Numbered from the stretch's first letter, positions 1 through 9,518 are shown. The stretch: 39,810 nucleotides of DNA from Planctomycetota bacterium (GCA_030628375.1 DAOVRD010000001.1:1-39810); one strand, 5' to 3'. Numbers and translations: made by a program. Notes: generated by a model not told the origin, from the sequence alone.

Positions 1-1319
1 CGGTCCGTGACGATGGTGCGCAGCCGCAGGCCGAGCCGGTCCACGTCGTTCTCGATGTAGACCTCGTCGTGGGCTCGCGACGACTGCCCGGTGATCTGCC
101 GCAACAGGGACTGCCCCTGCGTCCCGTCCGGGACAGGCACCCCGGCCAGTTCGAGAATCGTCGGGAACAGATCAATAAGGCCGGCCAGTCCCTCTACGCA
201 ATGCCCGGCGGGGATGAGGGCAGGACAGCGCAGGATGAAGGGAACTCGCAGCACGCTCTCGTAGTGCATGGGGCCCTTGAGGACGAACCCATGGTCCCCC
301 AGAAACTCGCCGTGGTCGGAGACAAACACGACGACGGTGTTCTCCTCGACGCCTTTGGCGCGCAAGGCGTCAAGCAACCGGGCGACGTTGTCGTCAATCA
401 TGGCGACCATGCCGTAGTAGGCCGCCCTGATGAGACGCAGCCGCCGGTCGGTCAGGTTATGGCAACCGAGCAGGAAGCCGTCGGTGTCCACGTCCTTGTA
501 ATGTCCGTCGTAGTAGCCGCGGAAGTGCGGAGGCTTGTCCTCCAGCTCGCCCTCGCGTCGGGGCGGAAGCGGCATGTCCTCGGGGTTGAACATGTCCCAG
601 TACCGGCCGGGCGGGTTGAACGGATGGTGCGGATCGGGGATGCCACACCAGGCGAAGAACGGCTCATCGGCCTGCTCGATGAACTCGATGGCCCTGTCAA
701 CGATCCACGTCGTCGGGTAGAGCTCCTCCGGGATGGCCGTCTTGTAGGTCTGGATCTTGTCGGCCTCAAGAAGCCACGGATCGGGAGCGACCAGCGCGTG
801 GCGGGGGCCTCGCTTGGCGTAGACCTCCGGCGACTGCTCCTTCAGCCCGCGCGAGTGCAGCCCGGACACCACGTCGCCGCTGCCAACGCCAAGGGCAATA
901 GTCTGGAAGCCCAGGTAGGGACGCGTCAGGTCCGCATCGGAGGCGGCCATACGGCGGTTCTCGGGCCAGTAGCCCTGGGGCTCCGCGCTGGCCGGGTGGT
1001 AGTGTATCTTCCCCACCGCCCCCGTGCGGTAGCCGGCCGCCGCCAGCAACTCCGGCAGCAACGGCAGCCCGTCACGAGCGACGCAGCCATTGGTGCGAAC
1101 GCCCGTAACGCTCGGGTAGCGGCCCGTAAGGATACTTGCGCGCGAGGGCATGCATAGCGGATTGTTGCAGTAGCCTCGGCGGAAGACCACGCCCTCGGCC
1201 CCCATGCGATCAATGTTGGGGGTGGCGTCCAACGTGCACCCGTACGTCCCAAGTGTGTCCGCACGCTGCTGGTCCGTGATGATGAACAGGAAGTTCGGCC
1301 TTGTCGGCTCGCCCGCCAT
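1..1319 (-). CDS. Sulfatase (formylglycine-dependent arylsulfatase family); C-terminus lies beyond the window start
   Basis: Absent from the ORF track because it runs off the window. Manual reverse-strand translation starts at ATG (complement of 1317-1319) with GGAGGA just upstream. It gives MAGEPTRPNFLFIITDQQRADTLGTYG...CNNPLCMPSRASILTGRYP (C-x-P-x-R formylglycine motif)...VVVFVSDHGEFLGDHG. The frame stays open to base 1. Confidence 0.9.
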   Translation of the reverse strand, partial: MAGEPTRPNFLFIITDQQRADTLGTYGCTLDATPNIDRMGAEGVVFRRGYCNNPLCMPSRASILTGRYPSVTGVRTNGCVARDGLPLLPELLAAAGYRTGAVGKIHYHPASAEPQGYWPENRRMAASDADLTRPYLGFQTIALGVGSGDVVSGLHSRGLKEQSPEVYAKRGPRHALVAPDPWLLEADKIQTYKTAIPEELYPTTWIVDRAIEFIEQADEPFFAWCGIPDPHHPFNPPGRYWDMFNPEDMPLPPRREGELEDKPPHFRGYYDGHYKDVDTDGFLLGCHNLTDRRLRLIRAAYYGMVAMIDDNVARLLDALRAKGVEENTVVVFVSDHGEFLGDHGFVLKGPMHYESVLRVPFILRCPALIPAGHCVEGLAGLIDLFPTILELAGVPVPDGTQGQSLLRQITGQSSRAHDEVYIENDVDRLGLRLRTIVTD

Positions 1320-1378
1320 TCCGATCCTCCGCACGGGACAACCGCTCCGCTGTCGGGCACGAGTGCTGCGGCTCACGC

Positions 1379-1432
1379 GGCGGGTGCCGCCAGAACTGCC
1401 TCAACGGCGGGTGCCGCCGGAACCGCCTCAAC
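1379..1432. repeat. Tandem 27-bp direct repeat (2 copies, 2 mismatches) in a divergent intergenic region
   Basis: GGCGGGTGCCGCCAGAACTGCCTCAAC (1379-1405) is followed directly by GGCGGGTGCCGCCGGAACCGCCTCAAC (1406-1432). It lies between the divergent sulfatase start (1319) and the membrane-protein start (1591). Confidence 0.85.
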
Positions 1433-1525
1433 ATCCCGCGCAGCGGACGGGTCGCTTGCAGGGCCAGATTAGACCGCATCTCGCCCGGCCACGCAAGAGT
1501 TGCGGCGCGCTTGCCAGCCGTCAAC

Positions 1526-1555
1526 TTGACCCTTCGCCGACTTCCCTCCTATACT
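1526..1555 (+). promoter_or_regulatory. Candidate sigma70-type promoter for the membrane-protein gene
   Basis: TTGACC (1526-1531), 18 nt spacer, TATACT (1550-1555), about 35 nt upstream of the GTG at 1591. Hexamer match only. Confidence 0.4.
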
Positions 1556-1590
1556 GCCCGCTGTTTGATGCCTTCAGAGGGAGCCGGCGA

Positions 1591-3537
1591 GTGACCTGGC
1601 GGGCCTTCATCATCGGCATCCTGGGCGTGGCGGGGCTATGCCTGCTCGTGCCGGTCAACGACTACAGGGTCGGCAACACCTTCCTGACGGGCAACCACTT
1701 CCCCGTGGGAGTGTTCTTCTTCCTGTTCATCCTGACGCTGGGGGTGAACGCGGTTCTGAAGGTCATTCGGCGCGCCTGGATGCTCAGCCAGTCGGAGCTG
1801 ATGCTGGTCTGGTGCATGATGCTGGTGGCATCCACCGTGCCGGCCAGCGGGCTGATGCGCAACTTGCTGCCCGTGACGACGGCCGCACCGTACCTGTCGC
1901 AGCGGCCCGACCTGTTCTGGGAAGACGAGGTGCTGAAGGCCGCCCCCGAGGGCATCCTGGTGAGCAACGATCCCAAGAGCCCGGCCGCCAAGAAGTTCTT
2001 CGAGGGCACGCCCGCCGGCGAGCCAGTGCGGGTGCCCTGGGGACAATGGACGCGCACGTTTGTGACCTGGGGCGTCTACGTCTGGCTCTACTACCTGACG
2101 ACGTTCTTCATGTGCGGGCTCCTGCGCAGGCAATGGGTCGAGTCGGAGCGCCTCATCTTCGCCACGGCCCGGGTGCCGCTGGACTTCACGGAGGGGGCTC
2201 GTGAGGGCTTGGTGATACCCTCGTTGATGCGCAGCAAAGCATTCCTGGTGGGCACGCTCTTGATCATCCTGTTCGGGGTGATCCGTCTGTCGCCGCTCTC
2301 CTTCGGGGAAGACCAGGGATGGCGCGTGCTGATCCCCTTCTGGCAGATATTCTCCGAGACGGCGCTGGACTACGTGCACATCAGCGACGGCAAGATCTAC
2401 CCGCTGGCCATCGGGTTCGCGTTCCTGGTGCCAAGCGACGTGTCGCTGAGCATCTGGCTCTTCTACATCTTCATGTGCGTGCAGATCATCATCGCGCACA
2501 GCATGGGGCGGCCCCTGGAGGGCGGACGTTCGGGACCGTTCCTCCGGTGGCAGCAGGCGGGCACCCACCTGGTTCTGGCAGTGGGCATGCTCTACATGGC
2601 GCGCCGACACCTGTGGGCCGTCTTGAAGTCGGCGGTGGGGCGGCGCGGGGGCACGGACGACTCGGATGAGCCCATCGGCTACCGGTTTGCATTCTGGGGG
2701 CTGGTGGTGACCGTAGCGGGGCTGGTTGCCTGGAACATGCACTTCGGCCTGGGCGCGGGGACGGCCATCGCCGTGATCGCACTTACGTTCACCATAGTGC
2801 TGGTGCACTGCAGGATGGTGGCCCAGGGGGGGCTGTTCTTCACGCAGCAGACCTGGAGCCCCTCGTGGTTCCTGCACCGCATCACGGGCGGACGCATCTT
2901 CAGCGGACCCGCGGCTGTGGTTGCAACGCTGCAGGGCGCCGTGTTGATCCACGACTCCCGCGAGGTGCTGGGCCCACACATGATGAACGCCCTGCGGATC
3001 TCGTCCGTCTTCGAGAAGCGGCGGCGCCTGTTCTTGCCCATCATGCTGGTCACGTTGACCGTCGCGCTGGCGGCGGCGGGCTACTCAAGCATGAAGTGGG
3101 TCTACTACGATCGCGGGGCGCTGAATGTGCCCATCGGCCGCAGCCACGTCTACCACATGACCAATCTCTACAACGGCGTCCATACGATGATCTCCAAGCC
3201 GTGGCAGGGAGCCCGGCCGAGGTGGGGCGGGCTGGTCACAGGCGTGCTGGGCATGGCCGTGCTGATGGTGCTGCGGGGCACGTTCTACTGGTGGCCCGTC
3301 AATCCATTGGGGATCGCCATCGCGATGTCCTGGTGCACGCGGGAGCTGTGGTTCTCGTTCCTGCTGGGCTGGCTGGCGAAGGCCTTGATCCTGAAGTTCG
3401 GCGGCGGGCAGACGCTGCGGGGCGGGCGTCAGTTCTTCCTGGGCGTCATCATCGGCGAGAGCCTCATCATATGCGCCTCGACACTGATGAGCCTGCTGAC
3501 AGGTGTGCGAACGGGGCCCATCTTCCTGCCGTACTGA
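1591..3537 (+). CDS. Large polytopic integral membrane protein of unknown function (about 648 aa; possibly DUF6785/DUF6784-type, recalled not verified)
   Basis: 3' part of track ORF 1204-3537. The first 129 codons overlap the divergent sulfatase and intergenic DNA and are R/P-rich nonsense. An in-frame GTG at 1591 has AGAGGGAG 8 nt upstream. Many hydrophobic helices follow (FIIGILGVAGLCLLV, VGVFFFLFILTLGV, LMLVWCMMLVAS, and others). Confidence 0.8.
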   Translation: MTWRAFIIGILGVAGLCLLVPVNDYRVGNTFLTGNHFPVGVFFFLFILTLGVNAVLKVIRRAWMLSQSELMLVWCMMLVASTVPASGLMRNLLPVTTAAPYLSQRPDLFWEDEVLKAAPEGILVSNDPKSPAAKKFFEGTPAGEPVRVPWGQWTRTFVTWGVYVWLYYLTTFFMCGLLRRQWVESERLIFATARVPLDFTEGAREGLVIPSLMRSKAFLVGTLLIILFGVIRLSPLSFGEDQGWRVLIPFWQIFSETALDYVHISDGKIYPLAIGFAFLVPSDVSLSIWLFYIFMCVQIIIAHSMGRPLEGGRSGPFLRWQQAGTHLVLAVGMLYMARRHLWAVLKSAVGRRGGTDDSDEPIGYRFAFWGLVVTVAGLVAWNMHFGLGAGTAIAVIALTFTIVLVHCRMVAQGGLFFTQQTWSPSWFLHRITGGRIFSGPAAVVATLQGAVLIHDSREVLGPHMMNALRISSVFEKRRRLFLPIMLVTLTVALAAAGYSSMKWVYYDRGALNVPIGRSHVYHMTNLYNGVHTMISKPWQGARPRWGGLVTGVLGMAVLMVLRGTFYWWPVNPLGIAIAMSWCTRELWFSFLLGWLAKALILKFGGGQTLRGGRQFFLGVIIGESLIICASTLMSLLTGVRTGPIFLPY

Positions 3538-3564
3538 CGGCCGGGGCATTCGCGGCGAACTCGC

Positions 3565-3592
3565 TTGCGCTGGCGGGGTGAGTCGTCATAAT
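3565..3592 (+). promoter_or_regulatory. Candidate sigma70-type promoter
   Basis: TTGCGC (3565-3570), 16 nt spacer, CATAAT (3587-3592), upstream of the isomerase-like gene. Hexamer match only. Confidence 0.3.
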
Positions 3593-3712
3593 GGTCTGGC
3601 CGTCCCGGCGGCATGCGGGTCCGTCCGGGCCGGCTTGTGCGGTTGGCGCTTGCGCGCCCAGGGTTCCGTTTCGGTCGGATTGCACCCTATTGAGGGACAG
3701 GAGGGACGAGCG

Positions 3713-4585
3713 ATGGCGTACCACATCATCCTGCACGTGAACTACTGTGAGCAGGGCCAGACCGTCGAGGAAATGTGCCAGAAGGCCGTGGGCTGGGGCT
3801 TCGACGGGGTCGAATTCCGGCGCAAGCGAAGCGGCGTCAAGGAGACCACCGAGGACTACCTGGACGCGCTGGAGAAGGGCGTGAAGGCCTCCGGGCTGAA
3901 GCACGTGCTGTTCGGCTCTCCCGGGCCGCTCCTGGTGAAGGAAGACGCCGGCGAGCGAGAGCGCGAGGTCGAGGAAGCGATCGCCTTCTACAGGCACGTG
4001 GCCGAGCGATTCGGGGTCAGCATTATCAACCTGCTCACGGGCCCGCTTCACAACCCGGACAAGAGCATCCCCTACTTCGATTACACCAAGCACGGCTCGT
4101 TCGTCGCCACCGACGAACAGTGGGAGTGGCAGATAAAGGGTTGCCAGGACATGGCCGACGGCCTCCAGGCTGTGGACATCCGCTTCGGCTTCGAGACGAA
4201 CATGGCCTGCCTGCACGACACGGTGGAAGCCGTCCAGAAACTGACGGGGAAGATTGACCGTCCCTCGATCGGCGTGAACCTGGACTGGGGCAACCTCATC
4301 AACTTCCGAAAGCGGCCGTCGCTTGAGGAGGCCGTGAAGGGGCTCGGCGACAAGCTCCACTACATTCACCTCAAGAACTCGGCTCCCTTGCGCGGCGCCC
4401 CCGGCCGCATGCCCACGGGGCTCGGCGAAGGGGAGGTGAACAACCGCGAGTTCGTGCGTCTCCTGATGGAGATCGGCTACAAAGGCCCCCTGTGCATCGA
4501 GGCCCCCAGGCCCGGCGACCGCGAGTGGTACGCGCCGCAAGACATGGCCTACCTCCAGTCCCTGCTGGCCGACCTCGGGGCCTGA
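3713..4585 (+). CDS. Sugar phosphate isomerase/epimerase (xylose isomerase-like TIM barrel) family protein
   Basis: In-frame ATG at 3713 within track ORF 3503-4585, preceded by GGACAGGAGGGA. Sequence MAYHIILHVNYCEQGQTVEEMCQKAVGWGFDGVEFR...YIHLKNS...CIEAP fits the AP-endonuclease-2/xylose-isomerase-like TIM barrel pattern. Confidence 0.8.
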   Translation: MAYHIILHVNYCEQGQTVEEMCQKAVGWGFDGVEFRRKRSGVKETTEDYLDALEKGVKASGLKHVLFGSPGPLLVKEDAGEREREVEEAIAFYRHVAERFGVSIINLLTGPLHNPDKSIPYFDYTKHGSFVATDEQWEWQIKGCQDMADGLQAVDIRFGFETNMACLHDTVEAVQKLTGKIDRPSIGVNLDWGNLINFRKRPSLEEAVKGLGDKLHYIHLKNSAPLRGAPGRMPTGLGEGEVNNREFVRLLMEIGYKGPLCIEAPRPGDREWYAPQDMAYLQSLLADLGA

Positions 4586-4696
4586 GACAGCCGGCGGCTG
4601 AAGCGTGCCGTCCTCCTGTGCCGCAACGATTGCCTGTTGCCGGCCGGCCCATCCGCATGTCTGGCCGGCCGTGGCCCAGCGCTCGTACGGCCATTC

Positions 4697-4725
4697 TTGA
4701 CAAGGCCGAGTCGCAGTCGTATTGT
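4697..4725 (+). promoter_or_regulatory. Candidate sigma70-type promoter for the beta-propeller gene
   Basis: TTGACA (4697-4702), 17 nt spacer, TATTGT (4720-4725). Hexamer match only. Confidence 0.45.
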
Positions 4726-4789
4726 TCTGCATGTGCGATTCGCAGGACCGGGCCATGAACTCGACATGGCGAATAGGGGGAACGGTCGA

Positions 4790-7700
4790 ATGACCAAGAG
4801 GGAAGGACTCACAGTCAGTGGCCCTTTTGTGGCCCTGGTCCTGGGGTGTTTCTTTGCTCTGGCGCTTGTGTTTGATGCCGAGCCGACCTCGAGCGGTGCG
4901 GACGTGCCGGCTGCGCTGGCAAGGATCGGGATCCAGAACGGCATCTGCGTCGTTCTTGGTCTGCCGAGAGCGGATGAACCGGGTTTCGTGACGGATCTGG
5001 CGAGGGCAAGCCGTCTGCTGGTGTACTTTCAGTCTCCCAATGCCGGCGAAGTGGCCCTGGTGCAAGAGGCTGCTGAGTCGGCAGGCCTGCTGGGAGAGCG
5101 TATCTTCGTCAACCGGGGCGACTGGACGTCCATCCATCTGGCTGACAACCTTGCCGGTGCAGTCCTGGCGGCACCTTCCGCCCGAAGCGGCATCGCCGAG
5201 GAGGAACTCTTGCGCGTGCTGCACCCGGGCGGGAAAGCCGTCCTCGGCCGGAAAGAGATCGTCAAGCCCCGCCCGCGCGGCACGGACGCCTGGAGCCATC
5301 CCTACCACGGACCGGACAACAACCCGCAGTCGACCGATCAGATCGCGCGTGCGCCCTACCTGACCCAATTCCTGGCCGAACCCATGTTCTCCTGCATGCC
5401 ACAGGTAACGGTCGCGGCAGAGGGCAGGCTTTTCAAGGCATTCGGCCATCTGGCACACGGGGCCAACCAGAACCGCGTGTTGAACACCCTCTTGTGCGTC
5501 AACGCCTACAACGGTGCGATCCTCTGGGCGCGCAAGCTGCAGGAAGGCTTCATGATCCACCGCAATTCCATGATCGCCACACCAGAGACGTTGTATCTCG
5601 CCGACGCCGAGTCGTGCAAGCTGATAGATGCACTCACCGGCCAGATCAGGGAGGAAATAACGATCCCCGAAGGGATCGCGGACGGCCCCGTGTGGAAGTG
5701 GATGGCCTTGGAGGACGGCGTACTGTACGCCCTCGTCGGAGGGCAGGAGGTAAGGGCAGACACCGTGCGTTCGAGGTACCGCGGCCTGGGGCACTGGGGT
5801 TGGCGCATGTGGCAGGGCCACGCCTACGACGACCCGAAGACGAACTTCGGCTTTGGTCGCACGTTCGTCGCCATTGATCCCGGCACCAAGGCGATACTGT
5901 GGGACCATAGCGAGGAGGAAATCCTGGACAGCCGCGGCGTGTGCATGAAGAACGGGCGCATCTATTTCTACAGTCCGGGCGAGCTGCTGGGCTGTCTCGA
6001 TGGCGGGTCAGGCAAGGTCCTCTGGAAGACCTCCGATCCCGATCTGCTGGAAGCCATAGGGCCGGAGGGCCCGGCGCAGCACTGGGACACGGGTTTCGCC
6101 ACCTCGACTTACATCAAGTGCAACGACCGCTTCCTTTTCTTTGCAGGCCCCCAGAGGAGCCGTCTGGTCGCCGCATCCACGGAGGATGGACGACTCGTCT
6201 GGCAGATAGACCACGGCAATTACCAGCTGGTCTTGCATGAAGATGCCTTATATGCCGCAGGGCGGCAGAGGGTGAGCCTCAAGCTGGATTATGAAACGGG
6301 GAAGGTACTGGACCGGTTCGTGAACCGGAGCACGTGCACGCGGGCGACCGGCAGTATAGATTCCATTTTCTACCGTGGCGGGGGGACGTGGCGCGTTGAT
6401 ATGGCCTCCGGCAGGGAGCTGTCTATCACTCCCATGCGGCCCCCGTGCCAGGACGGCGTGCTGATATCCGACGGGCTCCTCTACTGGGGCCCGTGGATGT
6501 GCGGATGCCACCTGTCTCTTTACGGCCACGTCTGCCTGGCGCCGGCCGGGGAGCTTGGCACGGGAGCCGGCTCCGACGATGCCCGTCTCGAACCTGGTGA
6601 CGGCGACCCCGCACTGGTAGCGGAGTTCGAGGCCCATTCCGGCGACTGGCCGACCTATCGCGGCGACAACGCCAGGACGTCGGTTACCAGCGTCCGGCTC
6701 CCTCGGCGCGTGCTCGGGAAATGGACGTTCCAGCCGCCATCGCCAGTTCTTCCCACCGCGCCTATTGCCGTGGGTGATACGGTTTTCGTGGCGGATCGCA
6801 ACGGCGTCGTGCGTGCACTGAACGCTGCCGACGGTGAGCTTCGGTGGAAGGCATACACCGGCGGGCCGGTCTATTTCCCGCCTGCGTTCTGGAATGGGCG
6901 TCTCTACGTGGGCTCGGCGGACGGGTGGGTGTATGCCTACGAGGCGGCCACGGGGCGACGACTGTGGCGCTTCCGCGCGGCGCCCCGGCAGCGGCTGATC
7001 CCCGTCTATGGCAAACTCAGCTCCACCTGGCCGGTGGCCGGCGGAGTGGTTGCGGAGGACGGCGTTGTCTATGCGACCGCTGGCATCGCCAATTATGACG
7101 GCACCCACGTCTATGCCGTGGACGCCGTCACGGGACAGGTCAGGTGGCATAACGGCACTTCGGGCGAGGTGTCCTCAGGAGCGCGGACGGGCGCAAGCTT
7201 GCAGGGCAACTTGTACCTGCAGGAGGGAGAGCTGCGCTTCGCCGGCGGCAATGTCTGTGAGACGGCAAGATACGACCTGCGGACGGGGCGGTGCCTTAAC
7301 GAGCCCCGCAAGCGTGCCCGTGCTCTCTTCCGCACGGTCTTTTACGCTTACTACCCGCGGTACGGGCAGTACCTGCAGCTGGATCATGACCTTCCCGATG
7401 GCAACACGTTGAGCTACGACGTGAGCTATGACCGTCAGCGGCACTCGAGCCTGGCGCTGTTGGCCCCGTGGCCTGCGGGCGCGGCGGAGACCTCGGCCGA
7501 AGGCCGTTGGGTCGCGCCCAAACCGGGCCAGCCCAAACGTGAGGTCCTCTGGGAGAAAAAGGAGTGCCAGTTCCAGAGTTTCGTCGTGGCTCCGGGCGTG
7601 CTGGTGGCCGCCGGTCAGACCGGCTTCACAGATGAAGGGCGCTTCTTCCTGGCGGCCATCAATATTGAGGACGGCTCGGACATCTGGCGCATGCAGCTCC

Positions 7701-7807
7701 CGGCCGCACCGATCAAGGGCGGCACGGCCGTGGATCATGAGGGGCGCATTTTCGTATCCCTGGCGGATGGCCAGGTGCTGTGTTTCGCACCGACCCAGTG
7801 GCGGTGA
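4790..7807 (+). CDS. PQQ-like/BamB-like beta-propeller repeat protein with N-terminal signal anchor and a degenerate methyltransferase-like domain
   Basis: Track ORF 4637-7807. The likely start is ATG 4790 (AGGGGG 9 nt upstream), with ATG 4766 as an alternative. There is a hydrophobic anchor (FVALVLGCFFALALVF). Then comes GICVVLGLPRADEPGFV...LLRVLHPGGKAVL, followed by repeated propeller-like blades (LYVGSADGWVYAYEAATGRRLWRF, VYATAGIANYDGTHVYAVDAVTGQVRW). Confidence 0.8.
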   Translation: MTKREGLTVSGPFVALVLGCFFALALVFDAEPTSSGADVPAALARIGIQNGICVVLGLPRADEPGFVTDLARASRLLVYFQSPNAGEVALVQEAAESAGLLGERIFVNRGDWTSIHLADNLAGAVLAAPSARSGIAEEELLRVLHPGGKAVLGRKEIVKPRPRGTDAWSHPYHGPDNNPQSTDQIARAPYLTQFLAEPMFSCMPQVTVAAEGRLFKAFGHLAHGANQNRVLNTLLCVNAYNGAILWARKLQEGFMIHRNSMIATPETLYLADAESCKLIDALTGQIREEITIPEGIADGPVWKWMALEDGVLYALVGGQEVRADTVRSRYRGLGHWGWRMWQGHAYDDPKTNFGFGRTFVAIDPGTKAILWDHSEEEILDSRGVCMKNGRIYFYSPGELLGCLDGGSGKVLWKTSDPDLLEAIGPEGPAQHWDTGFATSTYIKCNDRFLFFAGPQRSRLVAASTEDGRLVWQIDHGNYQLVLHEDALYAAGRQRVSLKLDYETGKVLDRFVNRSTCTRATGSIDSIFYRGGGTWRVDMASGRELSITPMRPPCQDGVLISDGLLYWGPWMCGCHLSLYGHVCLAPAGELGTGAGSDDARLEPGDGDPALVAEFEAHSGDWPTYRGDNARTSVTSVRLPRRVLGKWTFQPPSPVLPTAPIAVGDTVFVADRNGVVRALNAADGELRWKAYTGGPVYFPPAFWNGRLYVGSADGWVYAYEAATGRRLWRFRAAPRQRLIPVYGKLSSTWPVAGGVVAEDGVVYATAGIANYDGTHVYAVDAVTGQVRWHNGTSGEVSSGARTGASLQGNLYLQEGELRFAGGNVCETARYDLRTGRCLNEPRKRARALFRTVFYAYYPRYGQYLQLDHDLPDGNTLSYDVSYDRQRHSSLALLAPWPAGAAETSAEGRWVAPKPGQPKREVLWEKKECQFQSFVVAPGVLVAAGQTGFTDEGRFFLAAINIEDGSDIWRMQLPAAPIKGGTAVDHEGRIFVSLADGQVLCFAPTQWR

Positions 7808-7825
7808 CACGAACCCTCCCCGCCG

Positions 7826-8398
7826 TCATTGGCCTGCGTCCGGGGAACGCGGCCAGCCCAGCGTTTCGCAGACCTTCTGCCAGCGCTCGGCCATGCCCTC
7901 GCAGAACAGGAACGGCTCGAAGCCGAGCTTCAGGTAACTCTTGATTGCCGGCAGGCGGCCGTCGTCCGTCTGGAGGTAGATGCGGCGGTAGCCGGCTTGC
8001 ACTAACCGACTGACGACCGCGGCGCAGACGGCCAGCCCCAGCCGCTTCCCCTTGTGTTCCGGGTCGCCGGCCACCCAGCCGAGCACGCCGCCGCAGGGAT
8101 GCAATTCGGACGGGCTATGCTGCGCCATGGCCGTTGCGACCGCTTTGCCCGTTGCGCGGTGGACGACGAGGAAGAAGCCGTCCGACAGGATGCTGGGCCG
8201 CTCCCGCTCCAGGCGATCGTGGTCCCAGTTGTCGAACCCGGCCCTGGCCATCAACTGCAAGTATTGGGACTCGTCGGTGTCCTCGTAGCAGCGAAGCTCA
8301 TACCCCTCCGGCAGTTCCGGCCTCGGCGGGCGGTCGAGCAACCTCTCCGGCCATATCATCTGCAGTTGCTTCTGGCGCCCGGCGCCTTCCCATGTCAT
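7826..8398 (-). CDS. GNAT family N-acetyltransferase
   Basis: 190-aa ORF with a GNAT motif A-like stretch (GWVAGDPEHKGKRLGLAVCAAVVSRLVQAGYRRIYLQTDD...AIKSYLKLGFEP). ATG at 8359 (MIWPERLL) is an alternative start, because the first 13 codons are a duplicated junction segment. Confidence 0.85.
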   Translation of the reverse strand: MTWEGAGRQKQLQMIWPERLLDRPPRPELPEGYELRCYEDTDESQYLQLMARAGFDNWDHDRLERERPSILSDGFFLVVHRATGKAVATAMAQHSPSELHPCGGVLGWVAGDPEHKGKRLGLAVCAAVVSRLVQAGYRRIYLQTDDGRLPAIKSYLKLGFEPFLFCEGMAERWQKVCETLGWPRSPDAGQ

Positions 8399-8428
8399 CT
8401 ACAGTTGCCTCTGGCGCCCGGCGCCTTC
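8356..8428. repeat. Tandem duplication (34-bp unit, period 39 bp) spanning the deacetylase stop / GNAT start junction
   Basis: TCATCTGCAGTTGCTTCTGGCGCCCGGCGCCTTC (8356-8389) versus TCATCTACAGTTGCCTCTGGCGCCCGGCGCCTTC (8395-8428), 2 mismatches. Minus-strand translation gives ...EGAGRQRQL* at the end of the deacetylase and MTWEGAGRQKQLQM at the start of the GNAT. Confidence 0.9.
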
Positions 8429-9247
8429 TCGCACCCGAGCGAGCAGGTCGCCGTACGTGCCGGCCCGCAGGCCGAGTCCGCGAACGTGGGAGAAGGTGAG
8501 GTCCAGCATCTCCATTTCCGAATCGAACCTGTTCAATGACCATGGGTGCCAGACGAGCGAGACGAAGCTCAACTCCTCGGAGACGGCCCGCTCGATGAAC
8601 AACCGGTAGATGGCAAACTCCTCTGCCGGGGTGGTGATGAAGGCCGGCGGGATGGCTTCGGGCATCTCCGGCGGCCAGAGGGTGAGCCGCCTCGGCCCCC
8701 ACGCATTGTTGTCCTTCAACAGGTTCTCGTGCCAGCCGTGCACCGGCAGCTCCCACAGGTCCGGGAATCCCTGCTCTTCGTAGCTGAAGGGCTGGTTGAG
8801 GGGCGCCGGCAGGGCGAAGTCCTTCGCCCAGGACATGCTGCTGACGTATCGGAAGCCCGCCTCACTGACGAACTCCAGGGCCCGCGGCGCGCCCTTGAGC
8901 CCGTCCGGCCATCCGCAGCCCGGCCGCAGTCCCAGGCAAGGCCGCTCGAACACACGCTCCACGGACTGCTTTCCGAGAAATATCTCGTCACGTATCTGCT
9001 GCTCGGAGGCGGCCGGCCCGCAGAAAGGGTGGTCGCGCAGCATCTTGTGCGAGTAGGTGTGCGAGGCGACCTCGAAAAGCGGATCGTCCAGCAGCCGGCG
9101 GTATTCCTCGGGATCCGCTTCGAGCACCTTGCCCGTTATGAAGAACGTGGCCGGCAGTTCGTGTCGGCGGTGCACCTGCACTATCTTGCGGCAGGCCGCC
9201 AGACACTCGGCCGATTCGGCGTCGTATGCGGCGATGTAGAGCGTCAT
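8399..9247 (-). CDS. Polysaccharide deacetylase (CE4-like) family protein
   Basis: 282-aa ORF: ATFFITGKVLEADPEEYRRLLDDPLFEVASHTYSHKML...WHPW. This matches the pattern of NodB-homology deacetylases. Confidence 0.8.
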   Translation of the reverse strand: MTLYIAAYDAESAECLAACRKIVQVHRRHELPATFFITGKVLEADPEEYRRLLDDPLFEVASHTYSHKMLRDHPFCGPAASEQQIRDEIFLGKQSVERVFERPCLGLRPGCGWPDGLKGAPRALEFVSEAGFRYVSSMSWAKDFALPAPLNQPFSYEEQGFPDLWELPVHGWHENLLKDNNAWGPRRLTLWPPEMPEAIPPAFITTPAEEFAIYRLFIERAVSEELSFVSLVWHPWSLNRFDSEMEMLDLTFSHVRGLGLRAGTYGDLLARVREGAGRQRQL

Positions 9248-9518
9248 CGGAGCAACTCCGTTCGGAAAGACGGTCGAATCTCGGATTCACCCGCGGCTTG
9301 TGCGCACCTGGAGGCCGCTGGCACTCGGCCGGTCGGTGTACCCCCGGGATTGTATGCACGCAGCCATTCTCTTGCAAGCCCCGCATCCGGCGGGCGCCAC
9401 CGACCGGCGTTGACATGGCCGGGTCCGCACGCATGTCCCGGGTTGATGCTGACCTCCGGCGAGGCCGCTCGTTCCTCAGCGGAAGCATGGGGGCGCCTTC
9501 TGCCTTCGCCAGGAGCGC

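Noticed and set aside
69-1157. 362-aa plus-strand ORF at the left edge
   Set aside because: It is an antisense shadow of the minus-strand sulfatase. Its translation is R/G/P/A-rich with no motif, whereas the opposite strand gives a textbook sulfatase with C-x-P-x-R.
1204-1590. N-terminal 129 codons of track ORF 1204-3537
   Set aside because: They overlap the divergent sulfatase start and the tandem 27-bp repeat (translated as RRVPPELPQRRVPPEPPQ). The GTG at 1591 with an RBS is the credible start.
3467-5908. 813-aa minus-strand ORF
   Set aside because: It overlaps two well-supported plus-strand genes and an intergenic region. Its low-complexity R/A/G/P composition is typical of spurious ORFs in high-G+C DNA.
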